Positions 63,301-64,000 of a DNA stretch of 64,000 nt are shown here, one piece after another. The stretch's first letter is position 1, and every line of letters begins with the position of its first letter. The stretch lies in assembly GCA_951406725.2 (NCBI GenBank), contig OX597814.1, forward strand, positions 209,312,001-209,376,000, read 5' to 3'. This DNA comes from Octopus vulgaris (Eukaryota). A program made the position numbers and the translations under genes. The notes below the pieces were generated by a model. It saw nothing but the letters and a program-made list of their open reading frames with translations, did not search any database and was not told where the DNA came from.

Positions 63301-64000
63301 GGCCTTTACGGCCACATTTAAAACAACTCGGTTTCCTTCCTTCCAGCATCACCTTCATGCTAACCCCTTCGTTGATTATAATCTGATTTGGAATCTCTTT
63401 GAGTCTTCTGGTTTAGCATGAATCAATACTTCAAGAGGTTTTCCTTTCCAGTTCTGAGTAGGGAACTTCTTTGCCTGTAAAATGTTAATTTTTTCCTCTT
63501 GCATGAAGATGAAGGCCGCTATCACCCAATTTACATTTACCTCTGGTGGAATTTCTTCCACTCTCACTTTCGATATCTGTTTTCCAGATAGGTGAGGAGG
63601 AGAGCAATTTGTGATGACTTTAACGGCTCTGTTGAGGGCTTTTTAGCAATTTCTTCGCTGGGAAACTGTACCTGCACGGTAGCATACTTTTTGCCTTCAA
63701 CGACGTCTGACGTTTTTCTTTATATCGGCTGTAAACATTACACAACTTCCATTTTAGATGCCGACATAATTCATTTTTCCTTTACGTTAAAAATTTCATA
63801 AATAATGGTTCTCTGCTTAGCTGTGTGTAAAACATCGGTAGGCAGAGTTAGAACGACATTATTCCCGGCTTTCTTGCAGAGGCTTTGATACTTTACTAAT
63901 CCAGAACTATCTACGTCAACTGCCTTGGAACTAGCTGCTGTAACTTGGGCGAAATTAATAGTTTTTTTGTTCCTCCGCTTTCTCATTTTTTGAATTAACA
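60340..64000 (-). mobile_element. Decayed Tx1/L1-like non-LTR retrotransposon: ORF1 with zinc knuckle, RT, C-terminal CCHC; endonuclease missing
   Basis: ORF1 from 63986 with GRKPSCFKCGRKGHIRAFC. RT motifs NFRPISLLNVELKILAKVLAKRL, LDQFKA, SVRQG and AYTDD. C-terminal CSRC...HAFVQC. Confidence 0.9.

Overview
AT-rich, microsatellite- and transposon-dense eukaryotic DNA. It is almost certainly coleoid cephalopod (Octopus-like), because it is saturated with three tRNA-derived SINE families resembling the octopus OK/OR1/OR2-type SINEs; exact family names are unverified. No intact multi-domain protein-coding ORF is present. Nearly all ORF-track entries are microsatellite artefacts or decayed transposon frames. 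Recognisable content: (i) about 25 SINE copies, some multimeric or nested; (ii) remnants of several non-LTR clades (CR1/jockey-group, Tx1/L1-like, R4/Dong-like, HERO-like); (iii) a Gypsy LTR-gag-protease stub; (iv) a near full-length mariner, a decayed Tc1 and a mariner MITE; (v) five non-autonomous Helitrons with mosaic 5'/3' modules; (vi) two decayed minimal hammerhead-ribozyme motifs of the Penelope-like type; (vii) a 100-N assembly gap. Strong splice signals suggest the window is mostly intron of a + strand host gene: a putative Inr/first exon at about 3220-3322, exons at 11102-11168 and 11582-11676 (the latter signal-peptide-like), and an exon at 46806-46883. The best leads are this unidentified gene, a pre-miRNA-like hairpin with a miR-34-type seed at about 40.0 kb, the hammerhead remnants, and several unusual insertion or repair signatures. 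I see no convincing evidence of a wholly new multi-gene system.
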